DNA of 63,318 nt, the filler included, from Parasitella parasitica NRRL 2501 (lineage: Eukaryota; Fungi; Mucoromycota), in the NCBI GenBank assembly GCA_025201805.1. It is 5 parts of 5 records of this genome, joined end to end, with 100 filler letters (N's around TTAATTAATTAA, not from the genome) between each part and the next. Parts side by side here need not be neighbours in the genome. Positions count along the whole stretch, not along the records: positions 1 to 27,508 come from MU619439.1; 4 more parts are not named here. The stretch is one strand, 5' to 3'. Positions 1-11,224 of the stretch are shown in pieces (within the stretch, counting starts at the first letter, position 1; the number at the start of each line of letters is the position of its first letter). Under the pieces are notes generated by a model that saw only the letters and a program-made list of their open reading frames with translations, ran no database searches and was not told the DNA's origin. The translations under genes and the position numbers were made by a program.

Positions 1-963
1 AGGAGCCCACTTTGACTTCTTGCTGTCCTTGCCAGAACCCTCACCATGAGAATGCTCCTCATTCTCTGCCAAGCCACGCTTACGGTTTTTTAAGCCGTTA
101 GGAACCAAGGTGCCATTCTTGGTATCCACAGAATGTGCGATACGGCGCAAGACGTTGATCATGTACTCAGGGTCGTAGAACTTCTTCTCAGACACCTGAG
201 ACATCGCCACAGAAACAACATCACGAAAGGAAACGGGGAAAGCGTCAAACAGCACCGTGCAGATCACATATGGGTCAGTGATCTCGGCCTTGACCTTCAG
301 CTTCTTGAATCGCTCCAAGAACGAATCCACATCCTCGTCATTGCGAATAGTGCAATTCAAAAAAGCACGAATCCTCGGCAAGCGAAGCTGTTCCTTGGGG
401 ACGCCATAACGCAACATCATAGCAGCCTTGATAACCTCCCAGGTTAGCGTCTCGCCCACCGTAACCCGCTGGTATTCAATCAACCACTCACGGAGGTCTG
501 CACCAAGACAGCGGGGAAGCAGACGAGACCAATGTACATCGAAGTCCAAACCATGACTCTGAAGCACATCTTCAAAGCGCAACAGACAAGCATCCAAATC
601 AGCAAAAACAGTTTGCTTGATGTCAGAAATGACACCCTCCCACTGGAAATAGGGTAACCCACTTGGAACCAGGTACATGCTGTTGGTAGCAGAAGCAGAA
701 CCAACAGAAGAAGGCAGCACAACAGACGAAGGAGAACCGGTGAGTCCAGCGAGCTCACGCAACTCCAAGTATCTAGCCTTTTTGACTTGCAGCTCGGCCA
801 CCCAGGGATCAACCTCAGAAGCAGGCCTGTTTCCAGCAGTAGCGACCTTGATACCCAATTCCTTGAGCTCTAAGTTCAGAGCTGCAAGAGCTTCTTCAAA
901 GCCCAAAGAAGCACGAGAGGCAACACCAAGAGGAGAAGAAGGAATAGAACCAGTAGTAGACAT
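1..963 (-). CDS. Gag-like ORF of an LTR retrotransposon (runs off the window edge)
   Basis: Open, intronless minus-strand frame from the ATG at 963 to the window edge (absent from the ORF track because it has no stop): MSTTGSIPSS...VPSGLPYFQWEG...DACLLRFEDVLQSHGLDFDVHWSRLLPRCL...EDVDSFLERFKKL. It resembles retrotransposon gag and starts 64 nt downstream of an LTR. Confidence 0.75.
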   Translation of the reverse strand, partial: MSTTGSIPSSPLGVASRASLGFEEALAALNLELKELGIKVATAGNRPASEVDPWVAELQVKKARYLELRELAGLTGSPSSVVLPSSVGSASATNSMYLVPSGLPYFQWEGVISDIKQTVFADLDACLLRFEDVLQSHGLDFDVHWSRLLPRCLGADLREWLIEYQRVTVGETLTWEVIKAAMMLRYGVPKEQLRLPRIRAFLNCTIRNDEDVDSFLERFKKLKVKAEITDPYVICTVLFDAFPVSFRDVVSVAMSQVSEKKFYDPEYMINVLRRIAHSVDTKNGTLVPNGLKNRKRGLAENEEHSHGEGSGKDSKKSKWAP

Positions 964-1027
964 TGTTGAAAATTTTGATAGTAATAATAAAAAAAGTATA
1001 GAATCCGAATTAGACCGTTAAAAAAAA

Positions 1028-1256
1028 TGTTGGATCAAAAAGATAATAAAAAAACCAAAGGTTAACGAGATACGAAAACTAAAGATACTTTATTTAAGAT
1101 CGAAATTGCATCTGCTATTTATACTTTTTACAACTACATAAATTTATGGTGACTTATTTAGATTACTAATTGACAAGACTAATTCACAGTGACAATCTAC
1201 TTGACAGGGTACGATATGAGGTTATACAGCAAGGGCTACACGTCTTTGATCTGACA
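1028..1256 (-). mobile_element. 5' LTR (~229 bp) of the gag-bearing retrotransposon
   Basis: Minus strand reads TGTCAGATC...GATCCAACA (TG...CA) and contains TATAAATA and AATAAA. Boundaries are defined by end-to-end similarity to the copy at 25851-26110. Confidence 0.85.
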
Positions 1257-1858
1257 GAGCCTTAACCTTTATCCTGGTGCTCAGATCTGTGTTACTTACA
1301 GGAATAACCTTCTTGATTTGAAACAGAGACTTTATTCTCCAATTTACACAAGCGTATCACATCACATCATTGGACAATCTTCAATCTTCAATTGAAGTAC
1401 ATTGTCATGATCTTCTGTCTATAATTATGGCAGATCATTTTGGATTATATAATTGTTGCCGATGGCTAAATGTTGAAGTTCATGGTTACATTTTGATCTG
1501 GGGCATTTATTTTTATTTTGAAATGGAGATTTGACAGTTCGATTTGACAGTTTATGATAGTTTGAAATTTAGAAAGTAGACATGTAGATGTAGATGGACA
1601 TTATGAAATCGTATAAAAACGATCATTTTATTTTTAATAAACCATATCGAATTTTTCTTTCTTTTACACTTGAGTTACTATTGTTATTTTTTCACATTTA
1701 ACACCAACTACCCTAGATCTTAATTCATTTTCTCGGTATACAATTTAAATAGCTCTTACAGTCTCCCTATTTACAAACAAATTTATATCACTTTGACTTA
1801 CCTGCTCACTTACGAAGGTAATCATAAAAGAAAACTTGACATTTATCAAAGTCTGTAA

Positions 1859-1931
1859 GGGGATATAGTGTAGTGGCTATCACATTCGCTTTGCATGCGA
1901 AAGGCCCCGGGTTCAATCCCCGGTGTCTCCA
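1859..1931 (+). tRNA. tRNA-Ala(TGC), intronless
   Basis: Acceptor stem GGGGATA/TGTCTCC with the G3:U70 alanine identity pair; anticodon arm TTCGC-TTTGCAT-GCGAA; T arm CCGGG-TTCAATC-CCCGG; TTTT terminator just downstream. Confidence 0.96.
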
Positions 1932-3124
1932 TAGTTTTGGTTTATTTTGAACGAATGTTTTACTCTCAAGTCAAAGATGAAATTTTCACTGCAATGTTTC
2001 CTATTTATTGCTCTTTTATGCTGCCGTATTCTTTTAGTTTATTTGACACTCATGGCAATCTCAGTTATTTCTTTCAAGACGCAATATTGATCTCGGATAT
2101 AAATAGCAAATTACTTCAAAGGTCATCTTTGAACTGATATATAATTTATCTTACTGGGGTTAATAATATCACAACAATGCATTCCACTGAATAAATTCTA
2201 TGCGTTTATTTTTAGTTAAGTAAATATATGAATTTATTATCATCTTTTTGGAGGTAGAATGGAGTTAGTGCTGCCGATTCTAATAAGAAAATATCATACC
2301 AACCTGTTTAAGCGACAGATCAACAGAATGGGAATATTTCTTGGAATAGTGTGCAACTGGCGTATATAGCAAGTTTATATCTCCATATCAACCTAAAGCA
2401 TAAGCTTACAAGCATTCAGTATAAAAAGATTGTGAAAAATCAGAAACACAAATACGAAATACTTTTTAAAGATGTTGCTTTAATATATATCAAATTTGAT
2501 ATTGATTTGGCTAACAACAGTTCTATACTATCTAAACTACATATCTAATTTGAATGCGAGGAAATATATTATAGTAGTGTGTAGTTGATCAATGAATCTA
2601 GCAGAAAAGTTCAATGTAGGTAAAGATGAATTCCATTAAATAGAACTTTATTTGTTCGTCATGGATGCGAACAATTTATAGGCTTAATGATAATAGACAA
2701 AATATTTATAAATTGTTATCCATGAGCAGACAGTAAGAACAAGAAAATCAAATAAAAAAGACGTACCAAAGATACTTCATTCAAGACTCTAATTTGCATA
2801 GTATTTGCTATCATTTCTTCTGACAGAAAACTACTACCATTATCTGCAAACTTTCAGTGTAGACTGGTTTCAATAGCTTTGTACAACTAGTCGCATCGAT
2901 GCATCTACTCTCAATGCATGTAGGCTCACGAATGTATGTATCATATGCTTTCGTTTGCCATATTCTCTGCTAGGATATTATTAATTCACAACCAAACATC
3001 TGGTTTCTGGTGTTCAATCTGCCAACTACTAACCTTTTACTGTGGCTTCGATATTCGCGTAACATGGAGAAATAAACTGGTGGGTCGCCTATTTTTTCTT
3101 CATCTTTTCTTGATATCAACGAAC

Positions 3125-3893
3125 ATGACAAAGCGTAGGGAAAGATATACTTATAAAATCTCTGATAGACTAAAGCAAATATACAAATTTTTAGCTGAGC
3201 AAAAACCAAAACGACGACCATCTGGCCTTTTGAAATTCTATTTGATAGCATACAATTTTGCTTCTCTCGCTGGTTGGGCATTCGTTCTTTTTCTAGCATT
3301 GGCACAAATCGTGAGTACCGGCTCCTACAAGAATGTGTTTGAAGTAACTTGGCCTGTTTTGATTGTAATTCAATCTACTGCATTGTTTGAAGTAAGTACT
3401 GCTGTTTACTATTAATAGTGAATTTTGACTGTGCCTCTTTAAGATTGTTCACGCATTATTGGGTTGGGTAAGAACCCCTATCATAACTACCGTAATGCAG
3501 GTTTTTTCTCGAATTTTCTTGATCTGGGCAGTTAATTTCCCCTTCCCTCAAATTCACTCTCATTGGTCTTATGCGACTATGGTTATTTCATGGTCTATAG
3601 CAGAGATCGTCAGATATTCATACTATGCCACTAACTTGGTCTCAACTGTCCCTGGATCCATCACCTGGGCTCGCTATACATTCTTCCTGGTCTTATATCC
3701 CACTGGTATTTCTTCAGAACTGATTATGATTTATCAGTGTTTACCTCATGTCAAGGCTGCCTGGGGTGATTTATATTACTATGCTTATATCGCTGTTATT
3801 CTTCTTTACGCCCCTGGATCTCCTGTCATGTACAACCATATGAGGATTCAACGAAACAAATATCTCAAAGAATCAATCAAAAAAGACAATTAG
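3125..3893 (+). CDS. PHS1: Very-long-chain 3-hydroxyacyl-CoA dehydratase (PTPLA/HACD family), 3 exons
   Basis: YLIAYN..., QVFSRIFLIW, WSIAEIVRYSYY, WARYTFFLVLYPTGISSE, MYNHMRIQRNK and a C-terminal KKDN ER-retrieval-like motif. Introns at about 3135-3194 and 3392-3442. Confidence 0.92.
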
Positions 3894-3944
3894 ATACAAG
3901 AATATGCAATATATTGTATTAAAAATCTATTGAAAATCTATATT

Positions 3945-6062
3945 TCAACTAGGTGGAGGGCCAGCTTTAGCGACTTTTTTATCCCTTTGAGTTTTGCGGT
4001 TATGATTTCCAAATCGGGCCTTGTTTTTGTCCTTGTAAGCACGATCTTTTGCTTCTGACAGAGGAGATTGTTTATTTTGTTTCTTGAGGGCTTGTTTTTG
4101 ATCTTGAGATACTGGATCTTGATTACCATCAAACAGCATGTATCTATCCAAAATTCTATCCTTTCGAGGCTGGTTGAAATCATCAGTATACATATCCAAG
4201 GTAAGCCCCTTACTTAGGTTACTTACATTTCGTTTGAACATGATGGCCCACCCTTCTAATTGCTCGTCAGACATACCAGTTCTTTTTCGCAATTCTGCTC
4301 TCTTGGTTGATTTACGGTCAGCGGAACTGCGAGCGAATATCTCAGGGTTATCTACAAAGCTGTGTACCAGCAAACTTTCGTTTTCAATTCCTAGATCTAC
4401 AGCTTCTTGTTTCGTTCTGACAATATCTAAAGCAGCACCACCATCGCCGTTCTCTGATGTGGAGGGAACACCTGCATCATTGATATCATCATATGTGTCA
4501 TCGTAATCGTCGTCATACATATCGACAACACGCTGCAACACATTCTTCTTTTCGCTCTGAATGAAACTCTTGTCGTCTAAAAGAGAATCGGCATTTCCCT
4601 TGTCCTTTTTACCAACATGCACTTTTGAGGCGTCAACAATGCGGCGATTAAACACATCAAATTCATCATTGTCATAGACGTTGCGCCTCGACTTCAACAC
4701 ACCCTCTTCCTTGGGATTCTCTCGAGCTCCTGCTTCGCTCTCCAAATGGCTCAGCCGCGATACAGTGCTTGCTGCGTCAGGTAAAGGTTTGCGCTCCATT
4801 TTACGGTCCAATCCATTTACTGAGGGAGGAAGGGAATCCTCCAACAACTGCATAATCACCTCTTCTACATTATCGCTGTTCGCCTCCAAACAAGCTTCTA
4901 TAAAACCATCACCAAGATCAGCGAACAAATCATGTATTTGAGAAATCTTTGAAGTTCTTTCAACGTCTTGATTGATAGGTTGCTTCTGAGGACTACGCTG
5001 TAAAAATCCTTGCAGTTCGATAGTGCGACCCCACGAGCCAGTTCCCATGTTCGAGTCTCTTACTTGCTCCATTGAGAGTATCAAAAACTCAATACGGTCA
5101 TCATCGCCACCGAACGAATTCTTGTTCATCCAATCCAATTTTTCGGCAACATGATACTCCACTTCCCAATCCATAATCAACGGCCCATCCACGAATGCAT
5201 GTTTTGAGGAATCAAGGCCACTGTTCTCAATATATTCCAAAATTTTGCTACTCATCAAGTCAATTGTCGATATATCAGCTGGATCTGACAACCTTTCAAG
5301 GTTTTGGTTGTTAGAAGCTGATGAAATGTATCCAAGTGGTTTGAAAAAGTGACCATCAGCATATGAATTGAATGTTGATACAAGCGATTTTTTGATCAAA
5401 AATGCGTAAGGAGCAGTAGCAGCATTGAAATCTACCGTCGTTTTCAACGCTGGTACGATATCTCTGTAGCAATCAATCAAAACACTATCCAAAATACCAA
5501 AAGATGACTGAACCACATCCACAAACACTGTTGCTGAAAAGAGAGCATCCAAAACACGTACGAGAACATACGCACGATCCAACGTCTCCACCGACGCAGG
5601 AGCAGCCAAGAGATTAGGCATAGACTGCACGGTATCTACTAGCATTCTAATTACTGACAATAATTCTCTTTCCACAGACTCTTCCTGCACTAGTTGACTC
5701 ATGATACGGCGTACTTCATTTGCGTTGCATTCTCCAAACACGACTGCAAAACAACAAAGTTTATCTGCGCTCAATAGTGGATTGACATTGCTGGTTTCAA
5801 GTCTAGCAAGGCGACTGTATATAAGAAATACATATCTAATCAATGCTGGGTTTGCTGTGGTGGTGTTGTCCATTTGGTCGTTCAAAATCTGCTCCACAAA
5901 AATGGAGAGAGATTCATTGAAGGTGGTCTCATTGACGAAAAGAGCATCTTCCATGTTGAGAAGCTCGGCCAGATTTAGATTCCAAGCGCCAAGGGCGCTT
6001 TTCCATGTGGATTTGTCAATCCCTTTAGCAGATTCAGCAATGTAAGGGATAAAATCAAGCAT
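3945..6062 (-). CDS. CUE3: CUE-domain protein, ASCC2/Cue3-like (ASC-1/RQT complex subunit)
   Basis: CUE domain ISQIHDLFADLGDGFIEACLEANSDNVEEVIMQLLE; RRNVYDNDEFD; YDDDYDDTYD; MSDEQLEGWAIM; C-terminal KNKARFGNHNRK. Probable 57-nt intron at 4170-4226. Confidence 0.85.
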   Translation of the reverse strand: MLDFIPYIAESAKGIDKSTWKSALGAWNLNLAELLNMEDALFVNETTFNESLSIFVEQILNDQMDNTTTANPALIRYVFLIYSRLARLETSNVNPLLSADKLCCFAVVFGECNANEVRRIMSQLVQEESVERELLSVIRMLVDTVQSMPNLLAAPASVETLDRAYVLVRVLDALFSATVFVDVVQSSFGILDSVLIDCYRDIVPALKTTVDFNAATAPYAFLIKKSLVSTFNSYADGHFFKPLGYISSASNNQNLERLSDPADISTIDLMSSKILEYIENSGLDSSKHAFVDGPLIMDWEVEYHVAEKLDWMNKNSFGGDDDRIEFLILSMEQVRDSNMGTGSWGRTIELQGFLQRSPQKQPINQDVERTSKISQIHDLFADLGDGFIEACLEANSDNVEEVIMQLLEDSLPPSVNGLDRKMERKPLPDAASTVSRLSHLESEAGARENPKEEGVLKSRRNVYDNDEFDVFNRRIVDASKVHVGKKDKGNADSLLDDKSFIQSEKKNVLQRVVDMYDDDYDDTYDDINDAGVPSTSENGDGGAALDIVRTKQEAVDLGIENESLLVHSFVDNPEIFARSSADRKSTKRAELRKRTGMSDEQLEGWAIMFKRNVSNLSKGLTLDMYTDDFNQPRKDRILDRYMLFDGNQDPVSQDQKQALKKQNKQSPLSEAKDRAYKDKNKARFGNHNRKTQRDKKVAKAGPPPS

Positions 6063-7501
6063 TCAACTTAGAGTATGTACACGACACTTGTTTGAAAATG
6101 CTATAAAGGAATTCATTGTCACTTGTTTTAGTTTGCCACACAACTAGCAGTGCTGCGCCGTTAGACAACATTAACTCAGTCCCTTATTAGAGCTACGGCA
6201 GAGCAGACTGAGCAACATCTTGTGGCATGGTTATTTTTGTCAAAGCTCTAGCAGACATGGTATCATTCGGTGCATAATAACTTGGTGCGTATAATAATTT
6301 ATGCTTCCAAGCAAAAAGGATGGTTTAGCTAAATATAACACACCTTGAGATGTATAATTGGAGGAACTTGTTTTTCATATTTGCATAGAAAAAAAAAAAA
6401 AAGGTGGTAAGTATCGTATACAAATCTTGATGAAATTTGGGTGTGTTATAGAGCATCAGAGACACCGCTATTGAATTGAAAAATGATGATTTCTTTTCGC
6501 ATTTTCTGCGGCATGGAGTTCAAGTTCTCGCAACCCACCTTGTTTGTGTATAAATTCCTTTAAATCGGTCCATGTGTAAATCTCGCCCTTTTTTTCGTTC
6601 AATTATGCCTTCCAGCAACGCAACTCTACCTACAAACCGAAATACTGCTACTGCAATAACAAGATCTTGGAGAGATAAACTCTTTGACTTTTACATATGG
6701 TGCAAGTTTATTTCGCTTGGATTAAATTTAATGTACATGGTACGTTTTCATCTCTGAATGTAGATAACATTTTAAAACATTGTGATTAGATTTGTACATT
6801 TGAGACCGTCTACGATGCTGGATCAAGTATAAGTATGCACGTATTTTCGGGCAATAATTTGGTATACTGAAGTATAAAATAATAGCGACACATCAACAGA
6901 CAAGAGAGAGCTATAACGTTCCTGTTGAGTATGGATTTCAGATTTTAATAGGTTGTTTAATGATGTTTTGTCTAATCATTGATCTCATTGTTCTCACAAC
7001 TGTAATGTATTTGAGAAATGTAAATATAGATCGTACTGAAACTAACTGTGATAAAGTCAAAACTAGCCATCGCAGACTGGTATTGGCGGCCCGGTGTATT
7101 TTTCTTCACCTTTACTTGTGGAAATGAGATAATATCGCTTATTGAAGTACTATTTAATGACAACAAGTTCAATGAAAACTGTCTGCAAAGGTTAGGAAAT
7201 GGATTTCGTGGCGGACCAATTGTTTTAGTATCCGAAATATGCACAATGCAAAACCACTTGAACCAAATTTTAGTGCTGGGAACACTAATCAGAGATATTT
7301 TAATATGTGTAAGATATATTATACAAATACGCGTAGATGTTTTATTGACGTCTATCTGATAGAGCGTGTATGTTACAACTGGTTATTTCTATGTCATTCG
7401 CTTGATTCAAGTGCTTAAACGAAGAGAGTCGACAGATACAACCGCAATGCGTGTTATCACCAATAGTTACAATTACCCAATTACTCAATAAAAATCATGA
7501 T

Positions 7502-8937
7502 CTATCTTTTGCTTCTTCTTTTATCGTCATCTCTTCGTCGATCTCTTCTATCATCGTCTCTTTTGCGATCGTAGTCTCTTCTATCATCCCTTCGGTAGTC
7601 TCTTCTTTCATCCCTTCTATCATCATTTCTATAGTTATCGTCCCTTCTACGATCATTGTTTTTTCTTTGTAATCCTTGATCATTGGTTCTATGTCTCTTC
7701 CGATCTCTTTTATCAGTATCAAACACTAAATCATAATTCTTCTCTCGACTTTCTTCGCCATCTCTATATCGGGTTCTCTTCTGTAAATTATCGAAACCAC
7801 CCATTGATTCTCCTTTGCCTCCTGTACGCTTCGAAATCCAATCTTTATGAAGCTTTGATACTGACTGTGAGAAATCTACATGAATACGACGATCATCAAT
7901 CAGCACAGATTGCATTTTGAAATAAGCCTATGCAATTATGCATTAGTGTACGGATGAGCTGCACAAATTTTCAACTTTTACCTCTTCAGCATCTTCCTTG
8001 TTTTCGAACTCGACAAAAGCATAGCTCAGGGAATCACCTGTTTGTCTATCACGAATAATTTCGCAGCTGTGAATAGCACCAAATCTTGAAAAAATCATCT
8101 CTAAATCTTCGTCTCTCGTAACAGGATTCAATTTACAGACAAATAATACATTCTCTGGAGGTTTAACTTCTGCAAAGGGTAAATCGCCAATCATTTCCAA
8201 TGTTAATGCATGCGCCTTTGCTTCTCTTTCTCTAGCCCTTTTCTCGATTTCCTCAGGATCACCAAACTCCTCTATATCTTCATCGTCTGCAATTCGCATC
8301 GATTCCATCTGCTCCTTTGTCGGCAAAGGTGACTCATTAGGCACTTGAAGCCCCTCCGGATCAGGAAAAGGATCATCCAAGATAACTGTATGTTTGATTC
8401 GAATATCTCGATAGGGTCTGCCCTTCTCATCACAAAATGCTTCGTTCATCTTATCTAACACCTCAAATCCTTCTGCTACTTCACCAAATAAGGTATATTT
8501 TCCATCCAAATAATCCAAATCATCAGCTAATGTAATAAAAAATTGACTTCCACTCACACCGCCGCTTTCTATGGACGCGTCTGCAGCGACAGCCATAGAT
8601 ACCATGCCTTTCTTTTTGTGTTTTAACTTGGGACTGATTTCTGCAGGAAAATATCGTTTGGTAGGTCCTTCCAGAATTCCATACACAGATTCGCCTTGGT
8701 CTCCTTTCCCAGTTGGATCACCTGTTTGCGCCATAAAGTCTTTTTGCACATTGAAAAAAGGAGAAAAGTTGTAGTACTTCATTTTGCAAAGTTTCAAAAA
8801 GTTGAGTGTTGTTTTAGGACACTCTTCAGTGTATAAATCAATAACAAGATCGCCCAGAGATGTCTCAATCAATACAGACTACACAATGATAAATTTTGCG
8901 TTAAAAAAGTATTCAAACATTCATATGACATTACCAT
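7502..8937 (-). CDS. PPIL4: Cyclophilin-RRM peptidyl-prolyl isomerase (PPIL4/Rct1/Cyp59 type) with an RD-rich tail
   Basis: [31 protein letters not shown]; [18 protein letters not shown]...YAFVEF; [18 protein letters not shown]. Introns at 8879-8934 and about 7928-7981. Confidence 0.93.
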
Positions 8938-10119
8938 TTTCTTTATTATTATCCACAACAAAAGAAACTTGGGATAAAATATTTTCAAGCGAGCTTACGC
9001 TTTTTATAGACTTCGCAACTCTTTCGGCCATTGAATACCTTTACAGCTAGCAGGAAGAATCCATCCAACATTTAACAATGGTGGACAAAGCAGTGTCTGT
9101 ATGCTTACTAGTTAACGTTTTTACTAACATGATATCAAGTATTCAATATGTGATGCTCTTTGACGGTGACATTATTTTATACTTGGCTGAAAATCTTGAT
9201 ACACATATTTGCAGCAAGACGAATCATTTAGTTATATTTACATTTTAAGCGATCAGTGCAGCTGTTTCTTCCATCTAAGCGTATCTTAAAGAAAAGCTTG
9301 TCATTCAACCAAAAATCAATCTTTGTTACTGAACCAAGTATTATAGGTGGGATAGGTTAACTGTCCACAATCAAGCTATTTGCCGTAGATATCAACCTCT
9401 TCCCAATAGATGTATTATTAATTCTGTCTGAAAGACGCTCAATATGCTTACAGCATCTTCTATTTTGCTACATAAATTGTACATTGCTGTAACTTGGGTT
9501 GTCGGCAATCAGTTTACAATGTAATGACCATCTTTTTTAGAAGGAAGAGGGGATTCTGTAGCTAACAATGCTCTTGTAATTGTTTGCAGCAGGTATTATA
9601 GTATTATATCATCATTCTACTTACAGATAACGTAGTGTCTCTTGGCGAGCGTCCTCTTTCCTTGAAATTCTTCGTAGGGGTAAGATCCCATCCATAATCT
9701 CTAACTTTTACAAATATTGAAAAAGTATAGTAAAAGCTTAAAATAAGTTTTTATTCCCCATAGCAGCAGAAATATTTGATAATTAGAAAAAGTCTTGATA
9801 AAAAGAATAAGCTTAGCAATAATGACTAAAAAAGCGCATACATTCACTTGCTGAAGGCTGTTAAAGGCTGTTTCAACAACAGGCTTAACAGCAGGCTTAC
9901 CAATAGCCTTCAACAACTTTTAGTAACTTTGCTAACTGAATCAGAGCAAATAGCTTCACTCCAAGCAGCTTCATAGCAGACCGATGATCAAGATAATGTT
10001 ACATCTATTATGGTAAACGAGAACACCGACTCTCAGCCAGGTCATATTGTAACAAATCAAGCCATTACCGTTTTCTTTAAATGCTGATAAGAATGGTTTT
10101 ATACACAGATATGCCTTTT

Positions 10120-10450
10120 TTTTTTCCAAGCTTGGGCAACTTTAAAAAGGATGATCAAAGAACTGACGAGAGACTTTACATTCTTGTTGTGAAGGATGTC
10201 TTTGATTTGACGGATAAGGTGAAGTCATATAGCCTATACAAAGAATTTACTCAACGATTTAGGTAACAGCATGATTACAATTGACGACGATGATAGAAAT
10301 GGCTGTTGAAGAGGCACTGCTTGCTAGTGAATAAAACTTAGGAGTTGAAAATAAAGTAGAACCAAAGCTGGATTTTGAAAAGGGTCTCTTCGCCTGAAGC
10401 GCTGACATCTAGAATTGCTGAAGCCTGCAATAATATCTATTTGAGCGGGT
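10120..10450 (+). pseudogene. Possible internally deleted Tc1/mariner transposase remnant
   Basis: About 10399-10446 translates as ALTSRIAEACNNIYLS, resembling the C-terminus of Mucorales DDE_3 transposases as I recall them. The upstream frames are broken. Confidence 0.35.
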
Positions 10451-11224
10451 TACATTGTAACCTTTTTGTAAGAGAGATAATGTACGGATTTTTTTTTAAT
10501 ACAGTGATCCATTTTCACAAATATACGAATTTTTGTTCAAGTGTATGAAATTTCTTCCTTTAGAGCACGAGTACTTTCTGAAAAAGGTATATATGTACGT
10601 ATAAACGAAAATCTCTTTTGGAAGGAAATGGCCTCATGCGTATACTATTTGAGTTGGCTTAAATAATTCTTATATGGCTGATACTTACAAAAGCCATCAA
10701 CGTGATCTACATATAGAAACGAAAAGCTATTGACAAGACATAGGGTCTCCGCGGTTTTTTCAAACATTGAATCGTAGCATCAGTTGTACAATTGAGTATG
10801 TATCATGGTTGTAAATTAAGACTTTTTTCAATAAAACCAAAGGAAAGCAAAAGAACCCCTCTCCTTTCCCCCTATTTCCAGTTAAAACTTTCACTACTAC
10901 TTGCTGCTCTTTTACCTTTTATTAGAAGCTTCAGTAGCCTTTTTTTTTTTTTTTCGTTTTTGCCTTTCTCCTTTCAGTTAACTTTTTTTTACCCAGCTTT
11001 TGTCCTAGTTTCCTGAAAAAGACAGTAGTAATGCATGAGAATAGTATAGCCGATTTATTATTTCACGCCACTACAGGATTGTTTTCTTTTCCTTTTTTTT
11101 TCCCTCTTTCTTTCTCACTGTTGGTTTTTAGTTTGCCCTTTTTTTTCCCTCGACAAAACACGATCCTAAAAAATATATACAGCTATACGAAAATTACCGA
11201 CCTAAAGCAACAGTAACAGTAAAA

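Noticed and set aside
133-1021. ORFs 133-447, 480-812 and 677-1021
   Set aside because: They are antisense or out-of-frame shadows of the gag ORF.
1895-2137. 80-aa ORF overlapping the tRNA
   Set aside because: It starts inside the tRNA gene and has no protein-like features.
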